Source: an uncultured Mucilaginibacter sp.
GTDB lineage: Bacteria > Bacteroidota > Bacteroidia > Sphingobacteriales > Sphingobacteriaceae
DNA: 64,000 nucleotides
NCBI RefSeq assembly: GCF_913773635.1
Contig: NZ_CAJYGQ010000013.1
Coordinates: 233,973 to 297,972 of the forward strand
Reading direction: 5' to 3'
The notes beneath the pieces were generated by a model that saw only the letters and a program-made list of their open reading frames with translations, was not told where the DNA came from and did no database searches. Below, piece by piece: positions 50,909 through 59,859 of this stretch; the first letter of the stretch is position 1; every line of letters starts with the position of its first letter. A program made the position numbers and the translations under genes.

Positions 50909-52681
50909 ATGAAACAATTTTTCAAGTTCGTACTGGCTACTGTAGTGGGCATTGTTATAGTTTGTGTAATAATGCTATTTGTAGTAATAGGCATAATAGC
51001 TGCCGCCGCCAGCGACGGTGATGTTAAAGTGGAGGACAACTCTGTTTTAAACGTATCTTTTAAAACTAACATTCCTGAACGTACACCTAACAATCCGCTT
51101 GCCGGGCTCGACTTTCTGGGCTTTAGTGATGATAAGCAATTAGGATTGAATGATATTTTATCAAGCATAAAAAAAGCTAAGACTGACGATCATATTAAAG
51201 GTATATTTATTACTGATAGTTACCTGATGGCCGGACAGGCAACCGCCCAGGAAATACGCGATGCTCTTATCGACTTTAAGAAATCAAAAAAATTTATCAT
51301 TGCTTACTCCGAAGTTTATACCCAAGGCTTTTACTACATGGCTTCTGTAGCTGATAAGGTTTATATAAACCCCAAAGGTATATTTGAGTTTGCGGGCATG
51401 AGTTCACAGGTTACTTTCTTTAAAGGTGCGCTTGATAAACTGGGCATTGAAGCACAAATAATTAAAGTAGGAACCTATAAAAGTGCCGTAGAGCCGTTTT
51501 TTCTTGATAAAATGAGCGATGCAAACCGTCAGCAGGTAACAGCCTACCTCGGCTCATTGTATAACCAGTTTTTGGGCGGTGTTAGTGCAAGCCGTAAAAT
51601 TAACAAAGACAGCTTGTACGTTATAGCCGACCAACTAAAAGTACGCTACCCTGCCGATGCGCTTAAATATAAACTGGTTGACGGATTAAAATACAAAGAC
51701 GAGGTTTTAAACGAACTTAAGAAACTTACCAATACCGACTTAGACAAGAATTTAAAAGGTGTTGACTTACCGGCCTATGCAAAAAGCAGCGGCGCCGATG
51801 ATGATGACAAAGATGTTGATTCATCAAACCAAATTGCTATGATATACGCATCGGGCGAAATTAATGGCGGCGAAGGTGATGACAACAGCATAGGCTCTGA
51901 CCGTATTTCGGCAGCCTTACGTAAAGCACGCCTTAGCGATAAGGTAAAAGCAGTTGTTTTGCGTGTAAATTCACCAGGTGGCAGTTCACTAGCTTCGGAT
52001 GTTATATGGCGAGAAGTAAGCCTTACCAAAAAGGTAAAGCCTATTATTGTATCAATGGGCGATTACGCTGCATCGGGCGGTTACTATATCTCATGTGCGG
52101 CCGATTCTATATTCGCTCAGCCAAACACTGTAACCGGTTCAATAGGCATATTTGCCATTCTTCCTAATATGCAAAAACTGCTTAACGATAAGCTGGGCAT
52201 TACCTTCGACGGCGTTAAAACAGGTAAATATGCCGATCTGGGGGATGTAAGCCGTCCGCTTACTGCTGATGAACGCGCCATTTTGCAAGACCAAATTAAC
52301 AATGGCTATGATGATTTTACCAAGGCAGTTGCCGATGGTCGTAAAAAAAGCCAGGCTTATATAAATACCATCGGTCAGGGCCGGGTATGGACAGGTGAGC
52401 AAGCACTTAAAATTGGATTGGTTGACAGGCTTGGCAACATCAACGATGCCATTGCCAGCGCCGCCAAAAAAGCTAAAATTAAAAATTACAAACTGGTTGC
52501 CTACCCTGAGCAAAAAGGTTTCTTTAAAAGCATGAGCGATGATGTGCAAACCCGTGTAAAAACAAACCTGCTGCAAAAAGAGCTTGGTGCTAATTACGCT
52601 TACTATAATCAGCTTAAAACACTGCAAGGCATGATCAGGGTTCCGCAGGCACGCTTGCCATTTGTTGCCGAACATTGGTAG
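50909..52681 (+). CDS. sppA: Signal peptide peptidase SppA (protease IV, 67K type)
   Basis: N-terminal TM, KVGTYKSAVEPF, RVNSPGGS, SMGDYAASGGYY, TGSIG, GQGRVWTG. Confidence 0.96.
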   Translation: MKQFFKFVLATVVGIVIVCVIMLFVVIGIIAAAASDGDVKVEDNSVLNVSFKTNIPERTPNNPLAGLDFLGFSDDKQLGLNDILSSIKKAKTDDHIKGIFITDSYLMAGQATAQEIRDALIDFKKSKKFIIAYSEVYTQGFYYMASVADKVYINPKGIFEFAGMSSQVTFFKGALDKLGIEAQIIKVGTYKSAVEPFFLDKMSDANRQQVTAYLGSLYNQFLGGVSASRKINKDSLYVIADQLKVRYPADALKYKLVDGLKYKDEVLNELKKLTNTDLDKNLKGVDLPAYAKSSGADDDDKDVDSSNQIAMIYASGEINGGEGDDNSIGSDRISAALRKARLSDKVKAVVLRVNSPGGSSLASDVIWREVSLTKKVKPIIVSMGDYAASGGYYISCAADSIFAQPNTVTGSIGIFAILPNMQKLLNDKLGITFDGVKTGKYADLGDVSRPLTADERAILQDQINNGYDDFTKAVADGRKKSQAYINTIGQGRVWTGEQALKIGLVDRLGNINDAIASAAKKAKIKNYKLVAYPEQKGFFKSMSDDVQTRVKTNLLQKELGANYAYYNQLKTLQGMIRVPQARLPFVAEHW

Positions 52682-52820
52682 GCTAACAACTTACTTACTT
52701 TGGAACAATAAGCATTGCTTACCGTTTTAATGCCGGGCATGCTTCTTTAGTTCCAACAAAATACCAACAAAAGCTGTTCATTGAGAATGGCTTTTGTATT
52801 TTTACAACCATTCTGCTGTT

Positions 52821-54509
52821 ATGGAAAATAAACCTATTGCCGGTCAACTTAAACTGCTGGCCAAATTAATGGAACTGCATGGCGAAAACGAGTTTAAAAC
52901 ACGCTCGGTTGCCAATGCCTCTTTTACCATTGATAAGCTGCCCTATAAAATTGCCGACAAAAGCTTTGAAGAAATAACGCAAATTAAAGGTGTAGGCAAA
53001 AGCATTGCCGCTTACATCAAAGAGCTTTTAGAAACCGGTTTATTATCTGATTTACAAGACCTGCTTAAGGCCACTCCCGATGGTGTAATTGAAATAATGA
53101 ACATCAAGGGCATCGGGCCTAAAAAGGTTGCCGTAATATGGAAACAACTGGGTATTGAAAACACAGGCGAATTATACTATGCCTGTAATGAAAACCGGCT
53201 TGCCGAGGCAAAAGGATTTGGCTTAAAAACACAGGATGAAATTTTAAAAGCCCTTGAATTCAGAATGGCAAGCAATGGCAAGTTCCTGTATGCACAGGCC
53301 CAGCACGAAGCCAAAGAATTAATGGTTTTACTGAAAGGCATGTTTCCTGGCGCGCTTATAGAGTTTGCCGGAGATTACCGCCGTTGCTGCGAAGTAATAT
53401 CTGAGTTAGTAACTGTTCTTGGCAGCCGCGATGCGGAGCTGGTAATAAGCTCGCTCTCGGTATCAACTATATTAAACAACATAAACGTTAACAATTGCGA
53501 AGTAAGCGGCGAAACAGCAAATGGCTTACTGGTAACCATAGTAGTTACCGACAAACGCTTTTTTTATCGCGATTTATTTACTTACACTGGTAACGACAGG
53601 CATGTGGAGGCAGTGCTATCGCGCATTGTTGATGCCATTGACCAGCCTGATAACGAAGAATTTATATATAAAAAGGCAAGCCTTCCCTGGATGCCACCCG
53701 AGTTACGCGAGGGTACAAACTTTATAAACAAAGCTGCCGTAAACTTTTTACCCGATTTGATTGATTATTCGGACCTAAAGGGCACCTTGCACAATCACAG
53801 TACCTGGAGCGATGGTATAAACACCCTTGAAGAAATGGCCTTATTTTGCCGCAACGAGCTTAAATTGCAGTATTTAGGCATATGCGATCATAGCAAAAGC
53901 GCTGTTTACGCCAAAGGACTGAGTATTGAAAGGGTATTGCAACAACACGACGAAATTGATCAATTAAACAGCACTTTTAAAGATTTTCATATTTTCAAAG
54001 GGATAGAATCGGATATCTTGGGCGATGGTTCGCTTGACTATCCTAATGAAATCCTTGAGAAATTTGATTTTGTAGTTGCTTCCGTTCATTCAAACTTAAA
54101 AATGGATATTGATAAGGCAACAAAACGTATTATAAAAGCAGTTGAAAATCCATACACTACCATATTGGGCCACCCTACCGGCCGCCTGTTGCTGGGTAGA
54201 GAAGGATACCCGCTGGATTTTGAAAAAGTTATTGACGCCTGTGCAGCTAATAACGTAATAATTGAAATAAATGCCAATCCACGCAGGCTTGATCTTGACT
54301 GGCGGTGGTGCCAGTATGCCATATCAAAGGGTGTATTATTATCAATTAACCCCGATGCACACCGCGTTGAAGGTTTCCATGATATGCATTACGGCATATT
54401 ATCGGCACGCAAAGGTGGCGTTACAAAAGAGAATTGCCTTAACGCACTATCATTACAGCAAATTAGAGAGAAATTTGAACAGCGTAAAGCTACTATCACT
54501 ACCGTATAA
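52821..54509 (+). CDS. polX: DNA polymerase X family / PHP-domain protein (polymerase active site degenerate)
   Basis: HhH motifs ([22 protein letters not shown]); PHP motifs [30 protein letters not shown]; catalytic GD-D motif replaced by SELV. Confidence 0.9.
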   Translation: MENKPIAGQLKLLAKLMELHGENEFKTRSVANASFTIDKLPYKIADKSFEEITQIKGVGKSIAAYIKELLETGLLSDLQDLLKATPDGVIEIMNIKGIGPKKVAVIWKQLGIENTGELYYACNENRLAEAKGFGLKTQDEILKALEFRMASNGKFLYAQAQHEAKELMVLLKGMFPGALIEFAGDYRRCCEVISELVTVLGSRDAELVISSLSVSTILNNINVNNCEVSGETANGLLVTIVVTDKRFFYRDLFTYTGNDRHVEAVLSRIVDAIDQPDNEEFIYKKASLPWMPPELREGTNFINKAAVNFLPDLIDYSDLKGTLHNHSTWSDGINTLEEMALFCRNELKLQYLGICDHSKSAVYAKGLSIERVLQQHDEIDQLNSTFKDFHIFKGIESDILGDGSLDYPNEILEKFDFVVASVHSNLKMDIDKATKRIIKAVENPYTTILGHPTGRLLLGREGYPLDFEKVIDACAANNVIIEINANPRRLDLDWRWCQYAISKGVLLSINPDAHRVEGFHDMHYGILSARKGGVTKENCLNALSLQQIREKFEQRKATITTV

Positions 54510-55012
54510 TGAGACCTGAGCTTGAGCACATACTTCTAAGTAAAGTAACAGACCTGCCATCACTACAACAAAGAATTAACGAGTGGAAGCAGCAAGGCCA
54601 AAAGGTAGTGTTTACAAACGGCGTTTTTGATTTGGTACACATTGGCCACATCAGCTATCTTAACAAAGCTGCACAATTGGGTAACAAACTTATAATCGGG
54701 CTAAATGCCGACTCATCCGTAAAAAGGCTAAAAGGCGAAACACGACCGGTAAATAATCAGGATAGCCGGGCGGCGTTGCTTGCAGCATTCTTTTTTGTAG
54801 ATGCCGTAGTTTTGTTTGATGAAGATACACCTCATAATCTGATCAGCACCCTCCTTCCTGATATTTTGGTTAAAGGTGCCGATTATGAAATTGAGAATAT
54901 TGTTGGTGCAAAAGAAGTGCTTGCCAACGGTGGCGAGGTACAAACCATAACTTTTGTTGAAGGCTATTCTTCCACATCAATCATCCAAAAAATCAGGAAT
55001 CAACAATCCTGA
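54509..55012 (+). CDS. rfaE2: D-glycero-beta-D-manno-heptose 1-phosphate adenylyltransferase
   Basis: [44 protein letters not shown]. Confidence 0.92.
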   Translation: MRPELEHILLSKVTDLPSLQQRINEWKQQGQKVVFTNGVFDLVHIGHISYLNKAAQLGNKLIIGLNADSSVKRLKGETRPVNNQDSRAALLAAFFFVDAVVLFDEDTPHNLISTLLPDILVKGADYEIENIVGAKEVLANGGEVQTITFVEGYSSTSIIQKIRNQQS

Positions 55013-55029
55013 AGCATAACTGCAGGTAA

Positions 55030-55998
55030 ATGAAAATTCTGGTAATAAGGTTTAGCTCCATGGGCGATATAATTTACACTACCCCGGTAGTGCGTTGCCT
55101 TAAAGAGCAAATTCCAGGTGCGGAAGTTCATTTTTTAACCAAACCGGCATTCAGATATATTTACGATAACAATCCATACGTTGACAAACTGTTGCTACTA
55201 AAGCGTAGCTTGAGTGATACCATTAAGGACATTAAAGCTGAGAAGTATGACATACTGGTTGACTTGCATTCAAACCTGCGAACGCGCTTAATAAAAATAC
55301 GTACCGGCCTTAAGGCTTACACTTATAATAAGCAACGCATACGCAAGTGGCTAAGCTTAAAATTCAATCTTAACCTTGTACCACCTGTTCACCTGGTTGA
55401 CCGCTACCTGAAAGCTGTAGCTCCGCTGGGAATAAGCAATGATGGAAAGCCTATTAATTATTATATAAAAAAAGAATACTCCCTATTAAACTTACTGCCC
55501 CCAACCCATCAGGCTGGTTATGTAGTTTTTGTGATTGGGGCAACGCATAACACCAAGCGTATGCCAAACCATAAGGTTGCGCAAATATGTCAAAACATAA
55601 ATCAGCCCGTTATGCTCTTAGGCGGAAACGATGTAAAGGCTAACGGCGATGACATTACTGCCAGTGCAGGCTCGCATGTAATTAACCTTTGCGGCGCTAC
55701 AACTTTAGACGAATCTGTTTTCCTGGTATCAAAAGCGCGTTGTTTATTGGGGTTTGATACTGGTCTTACTCATATTGCCGAAGCTTTCGATATACCCATA
55801 GCATCCATTTGGGGCAGTACCGTGCCCGAGCTTTTGGGTGTACAGCCTTATAAAGTAAGTAAGGCACTTGTAGCCGGTGTTGATTTACCATGCCGTCCAT
55901 GCTCAAAATTTGGCCAGGAAAAATGTCCGCTGGGGCATTTTAAGTGTATGCAAGAAATAAGTAATGAGCTGTTAATAAATTTTATTAAAAGCTGTTAA
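55030..55998 (+). CDS. Glycosyltransferase family 9 (heptosyltransferase-like)
   Basis: KILVIRFSSMGDII, VDLHSNLRT, GFDTGLTHIA, CRPCSKFG...C..GHFKCM. Confidence 0.92.
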   Translation: MKILVIRFSSMGDIIYTTPVVRCLKEQIPGAEVHFLTKPAFRYIYDNNPYVDKLLLLKRSLSDTIKDIKAEKYDILVDLHSNLRTRLIKIRTGLKAYTYNKQRIRKWLSLKFNLNLVPPVHLVDRYLKAVAPLGISNDGKPINYYIKKEYSLLNLLPPTHQAGYVVFVIGATHNTKRMPNHKVAQICQNINQPVMLLGGNDVKANGDDITASAGSHVINLCGATTLDESVFLVSKARCLLGFDTGLTHIAEAFDIPIASIWGSTVPELLGVQPYKVSKALVAGVDLPCRPCSKFGQEKCPLGHFKCMQEISNELLINFIKSC

Positions 55999-56038
55999 AC
56001 GCTTAATAATGACGTGATAAACGCAGCCAATATTTATT

Positions 56039-56046
56039 TATATTTG
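56039..56046 (+). promoter_or_regulatory. -7 promoter box for porin-family genes
   Basis: TATATTTG 23 nt before the ATG at 56070. Confidence 0.55.
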
Positions 56047-56069
56047 CTCCATAAGCTTTATCGCATTTT

Positions 56070-56765
56070 ATGAAAAAATCTCTACTAACCCTTGTGGCTG
56101 CAGTAAGCTGTTTTACTGCGTCAGCACAATTCCGTAACACGTCAAGCCCTACATTTGGTATAAAAGGCGGTGTAAACTTTGCAAGTGTGACAATTTCACA
56201 AAACGGCTCATCATCTGATTATGGCAGTGGTACCCTTACATCATTTTCAGCAGGTGTATTTGCTGATTTACCACTTAGTGAAAAATTCTCGGTACAACCG
56301 GGCTTATTCTACAGTGGCAAAGGCTACAAAATCAAAGTTAATTTTGACATGGGTTCTGCATTTAACATCAATGCAGAAGAATCATTAAAGCTGGCTTATA
56401 TCCAACTTCCGGTTCATCTCCTTTATAACGCTGATGCTAATTTTGGCAGGTTCTTTTTTGGAGCAGGTCCATTTGCAGCAGCTGCTATAAAAGCCAAAGG
56501 TAAAATTAGCGGAGACATCTCATTGGGTGAAGAATATGGAGGTGAATCAGGCAGCAATACTTCCGAACAAGACCTTGAAATTGGCAGTAATGGAGTTATT
56601 AAGCGCTTGGATTATGGTGTAACCGGCCTTATTGGCGTTAGGTTTAATAACGGCATATCATTGAGTGCCAACTATGATTATGGCTTGGCTGACATTTATA
56701 ACAATTCGGTAAGTCAAAAAATGAAAACCCGTACCATCGGACTTTCTTTAGGCTATTCTTTTTAA
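56070..56765 (+). CDS. Outer-membrane beta-barrel (porin family, OMP_b-brl_2 type), copy 1
   Basis: Signal peptide, FGIKGGVNF, SVQPGLFYSGKG, YIQLPV, terminal GLSLGYSF. Confidence 0.88.
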   Translation: MKKSLLTLVAAVSCFTASAQFRNTSSPTFGIKGGVNFASVTISQNGSSSDYGSGTLTSFSAGVFADLPLSEKFSVQPGLFYSGKGYKIKVNFDMGSAFNINAEESLKLAYIQLPVHLLYNADANFGRFFFGAGPFAAAAIKAKGKISGDISLGEEYGGESGSNTSEQDLEIGSNGVIKRLDYGVTGLIGVRFNNGISLSANYDYGLADIYNNSVSQKMKTRTIGLSLGYSF

Positions 56766-56840
56766 AAATATTAAGCGTTAAACCTTAACATACTGCTACA
56801 GTCTCAACTACATCAATTAACATACTTTATCACAACACAA

Positions 56841-57443
56841 ATGAAAAAACTCATTTTAGCCGCATTTTTAGCAGGCTCATTCTTTACTGCTTCGGCACAA
56901 TCAAACACAACTTTCGGCGTTAGCGGCGGCGTTAACTTTGCAAAAATCACAGCATCGGTTGATGGTGTTTCGGGATCAGGTTCAAGCGGTACCTTAACTT
57001 CTTTTTCGGTAGGTGTATTTGCTGATGCGCCAATTGGGAACAACTTTTCTATCCAACCAGGTTTATATTATACCGGTAAGGGCGGAGCATCTGACGATGG
57101 CGGCGATGGCAAACTGAAACTAAGTTACCTGCAGGTTCCAATAAACTTTCTTTACAATGCTCCTTTTGGCGGCGGTAAGCTTTTTGTAGGTGCAGGCCCT
57201 TACGTTGGTATTGGCTTAAACGCTAAAACAACAAATGGAAGGCAAAGCGTTGACCTTGAATTTGGTACCGATGTAAAAAGAACCGACGTTGGAGCAACCG
57301 GCTTATTAGGTGTTCGTTTTGACAATGGTTTACTTTTAAAAGCTAATTACGACTTAGGTTTAACAAATATTTTAGGCGATAACGAGATTGGCGTATCATC
57401 TAAAAACCGCGTAATTGGTTTATCAGTAGGTTTCACATTCTAA
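56841..57443 (+). CDS. Outer-membrane beta-barrel (porin family, OMP_b-brl_2 type), copy 2
   Basis: FGVSGGVNF, SIQPGLYYTGKG, YLQVPI, terminal GLSVGFTF; clear paralog of the upstream gene. Confidence 0.88.
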   Translation: MKKLILAAFLAGSFFTASAQSNTTFGVSGGVNFAKITASVDGVSGSGSSGTLTSFSVGVFADAPIGNNFSIQPGLYYTGKGGASDDGGDGKLKLSYLQVPINFLYNAPFGGGKLFVGAGPYVGIGLNAKTTNGRQSVDLEFGTDVKRTDVGATGLLGVRFDNGLLLKANYDLGLTNILGDNEIGVSSKNRVIGLSVGFTF

Positions 57444-57453
57444 TAAAAATACA

Positions 57454-57500
57454 ATAAACGCAAACGGCCGGCTTTTATCAAGCCGGCCGTTTGCGTTTAT
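57454..57500. terminator. Strong terminator, perfect 21-bp stem
   Basis: ataaacgcaaacggccggctt (57454-57474) / aagccggccgtttgcgtttat (57480-57500). Confidence 0.8.
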
Positions 57501-57606
57501 CAGGTTTTGTAATTTATATAGATTAAGCAAATTAAACGTACTGCCAATTGAATTTTATTTTGACTGTATTGAAACGATTGACGGGTATTTGCTATTTTTA
57601 TAGTAA

Positions 57607-58083
57607 ATGAAGAAGTTACTGCTGATTAGACATGCTGAAGCGTTACCGCATTCAGAAAAGGGTGATTATCACAGGCCGCTATCTAAAAAAGGAGAGGCGG
57701 ATGTAAAGGACCTGGCTCAAAAGCTTGGTGCCAATAACCTGGTACCTGAACAAATTATTTGCAGTGCGGCTTTGCGAACGCAAACTACTGCCAACATACT
57801 GGCAACTGCTTTTAACATGAATAACCTTAAGGCAACGGAGGCAATTTATGAAGCCAGCGAGCACACCTTGCTTCGCGAAATCAATCATTTTTCAAATGCT
57901 TATGACTTTACAGCCATGGTGGGGCACAACCCTGGCATAGCTTACCTGCTGCTCAACTTAACGGGCAAAGTGCGTGATGTACCACCCTGCACCGCCATCA
58001 CTATAGTATTTGAAGACGCCGACAGTTGGCAGGAAATAACGCATGAATCGGGCGTAATAACATGGTATGCAACGCCATTATAA
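57607..58083 (+). CDS. sixA: SixA-type phosphohistidine phosphatase
   Basis: LLLIRHAEA, RPLSKKG, CSAALRTQTTA, MVGHNPG. Confidence 0.88.
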   Translation: MKKLLLIRHAEALPHSEKGDYHRPLSKKGEADVKDLAQKLGANNLVPEQIICSAALRTQTTANILATAFNMNNLKATEAIYEASEHTLLREINHFSNAYDFTAMVGHNPGIAYLLLNLTGKVRDVPPCTAITIVFEDADSWQEITHESGVITWYATPL

Positions 58084-58137
58084 GAGATTTCAAACATCTC
58101 AATAAAAAAATTCAGATATCAGTTAAATAGCCCCCGC

Positions 58138-59238
58138 TTAAGCTATTACATAAGTTTTGCCCGGCCGGGCATTAATATAACCCTGCATCTCCATGTTAAG
58201 CAGGTTCATGGCTAGTGCGCTAACAGGCATATTCAATTTAATGCTTAAATCATCAATTGCTACGGGCACAGTACTATTTTGCAGCATATGCCATATGGCT
58301 TGTTCCTGTTCACTCAAATCAATTGGCAACATAAACTGCTTAGCGGAAGGCTTGCTGTCCAATTGAACATCCCACCCCATTAAATAAGCCAAATCGGCTG
58401 CGCAACTTAACAAACCAGCCTTATGGTTCCTAATAAGAAAATTACAACCTTCAGAATAGGTATCATTTACACGCCCTGGAAACGCAAACACATCCCGGTT
58501 ATATGAATTGGCAATTTCGGCAGTAATTAGTGCTCCCCCTTTTATGCCTGCTTCCACCACAACAGTTACATCGGCCATGCCAGCCACAATTCGGTTACGC
58601 TGGGGGAAATTTTCCCTGTCGGGCTTGGTGCCTGATGGGTACTCGCTAAGCAAGCCGCCGTTAAGTATCATTTTATCAGCAACGCCCCGATTTTGGCTGG
58701 GGTATAGTCGGTCTAAACTATGGCCTAATACACCAATGGTTGGCAGGTTAAGTCTCAGGCTTTCCTTATGCGCCGCTACGTCAATACCCAGCGCAAGGCC
58801 GCTTACTACCAACACGCCGTATTGCTGCAAATTTTCAAGCAGCTCTTTGCATAGCTGCCGTCCATAGTCAGTAGCATTACGCGTTCCAACAATGCTTACT
58901 ACACGTTGGTTGTTTAAGTCGGCATTTCCTTTACTGTAAAGTAAAATAGGAGCGTCATTACAATTCTTGAGCTTTTTTGGATATCGATCATCGGTATAGA
59001 AAATAACATCAATACCGTTTTTCTCAACAAATTGAATTTCCTGCGTAGCCTGATCAAGGGCTGCATTAAGGTTTAGGCTCTCAATGGTTTTATGACCTAT
59101 GCCCGGCACACGCTTAAAACGCTGTACCGATCCATTGAAAACCTCATCAGCACTGCCAAAATATGCCAGTAACGATTTTGACAAAGTAGGCCCGATGCCC
59201 TTAATAAGTGATAAAGCTATTTGGTGTTTAAGTGTCAT
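58138..59238 (-). CDS. dprA: DNA-processing protein DprA
   Basis: VSIVGTRNAT.YG, VSGLALGIDVAAH, FPQRNRIVAG, GGALITA, FAFPGRV, C-terminal winged helix. Confidence 0.96.
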   Translation of the reverse strand: MTLKHQIALSLIKGIGPTLSKSLLAYFGSADEVFNGSVQRFKRVPGIGHKTIESLNLNAALDQATQEIQFVEKNGIDVIFYTDDRYPKKLKNCNDAPILLYSKGNADLNNQRVVSIVGTRNATDYGRQLCKELLENLQQYGVLVVSGLALGIDVAAHKESLRLNLPTIGVLGHSLDRLYPSQNRGVADKMILNGGLLSEYPSGTKPDRENFPQRNRIVAGMADVTVVVEAGIKGGALITAEIANSYNRDVFAFPGRVNDTYSEGCNFLIRNHKAGLLSCAADLAYLMGWDVQLDSKPSAKQFMLPIDLSEQEQAIWHMLQNSTVPVAIDDLSIKLNMPVSALAMNLLNMEMQGYINARPGKTYVIA

Positions 59239-59341
59239 GATGCAGCCGCAAGATAATACCTCGTACCAATTTACCCGTTAGGGTAAAAAAATTTTTTTAG
59301 AAAAACAGCTTATTTAATAGACTAAAGCACATTTGAGTAAC

Positions 59342-59455
59342 AAAACTATCAAAATAGTTTGCAAACTATAAAAATAGTAGTACTTTCGGCTATTCAAACT
59401 ACAAAAGCAGTTTGCAAACTATTTTGATAGTTTTAATAAACTACCGTTATAGTTT
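59342..59455. promoter_or_regulatory. Array of five BlaI/MecI-type operator palindromes (AAACTA-N6-TAGTTT) spanning divergent dprA/blaI promoters
   Basis: Boxes at 59343-59360, 59363-59380, 59396-59413, 59416-59433 and 59438-59455; perfect 26-bp inverted repeat 59342-59367 / 59409-59434; -7 boxes TAGTTTTG (minus, 59341-59348) and TACTTTCG (plus, 59381-59388). Confidence 0.8.
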
Positions 59456-59478
59456 GCTCTAAAAACAGGAAAACGATA

Positions 59479-59859
59479 ATGAAAGAATTAACCAAGGCCG
59501 AGGAACAGGTAATGCAGATTTTGTGGAAGCTTAAAGAAGGTATTGTAAAGCAAATACTCGATCAAATGCCTGACGATCCGAAGCCTGCGTACAACACGGT
59601 AAGCACGGTGGTACGCGTACTTGAAAGCAAGGGATTTGTTGACCACAAAGCATACGGAAATTCACATGTGTACTTCCCTACCGTTAGTGAAGACCAGTAC
59701 AAAAAATTTGCTTTTGATAAAGTGATTAAAAGCTACTTTAACAACTCTTACAAAAGCCTGGTATCATACCTGGTAAAAGAGCAAAAGCTAAACCTTAGCG
59801 AGTTGGCGGAATTAATTTTATTGGCTGAACGCAGTCGCAAAAAAAACAGTGATGATTAA
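59479..59859 (+). CDS. BlaI/MecI/CopY family transcriptional repressor
   Basis: LTKAEEQVMQILW, AYNTVSTVVRVLESKGFV, YFPTVSEDQY, SLVSYLV. Confidence 0.95.
   Translation: MKELTKAEEQVMQILWKLKEGIVKQILDQMPDDPKPAYNTVSTVVRVLESKGFVDHKAYGNSHVYFPTVSEDQYKKFAFDKVIKSYFNNSYKSLVSYLVKEQKLNLSELAELILLAERSRKKNSDD

Noticed and set aside
59343-59455. Regularly spaced palindromic repeats as a mini-CRISPR array
   Set aside because: Units are 18 bp with 2-15 nt gaps, there are no unique spacers and no cas genes, and they match BlaI-type operators next to a blaI gene.
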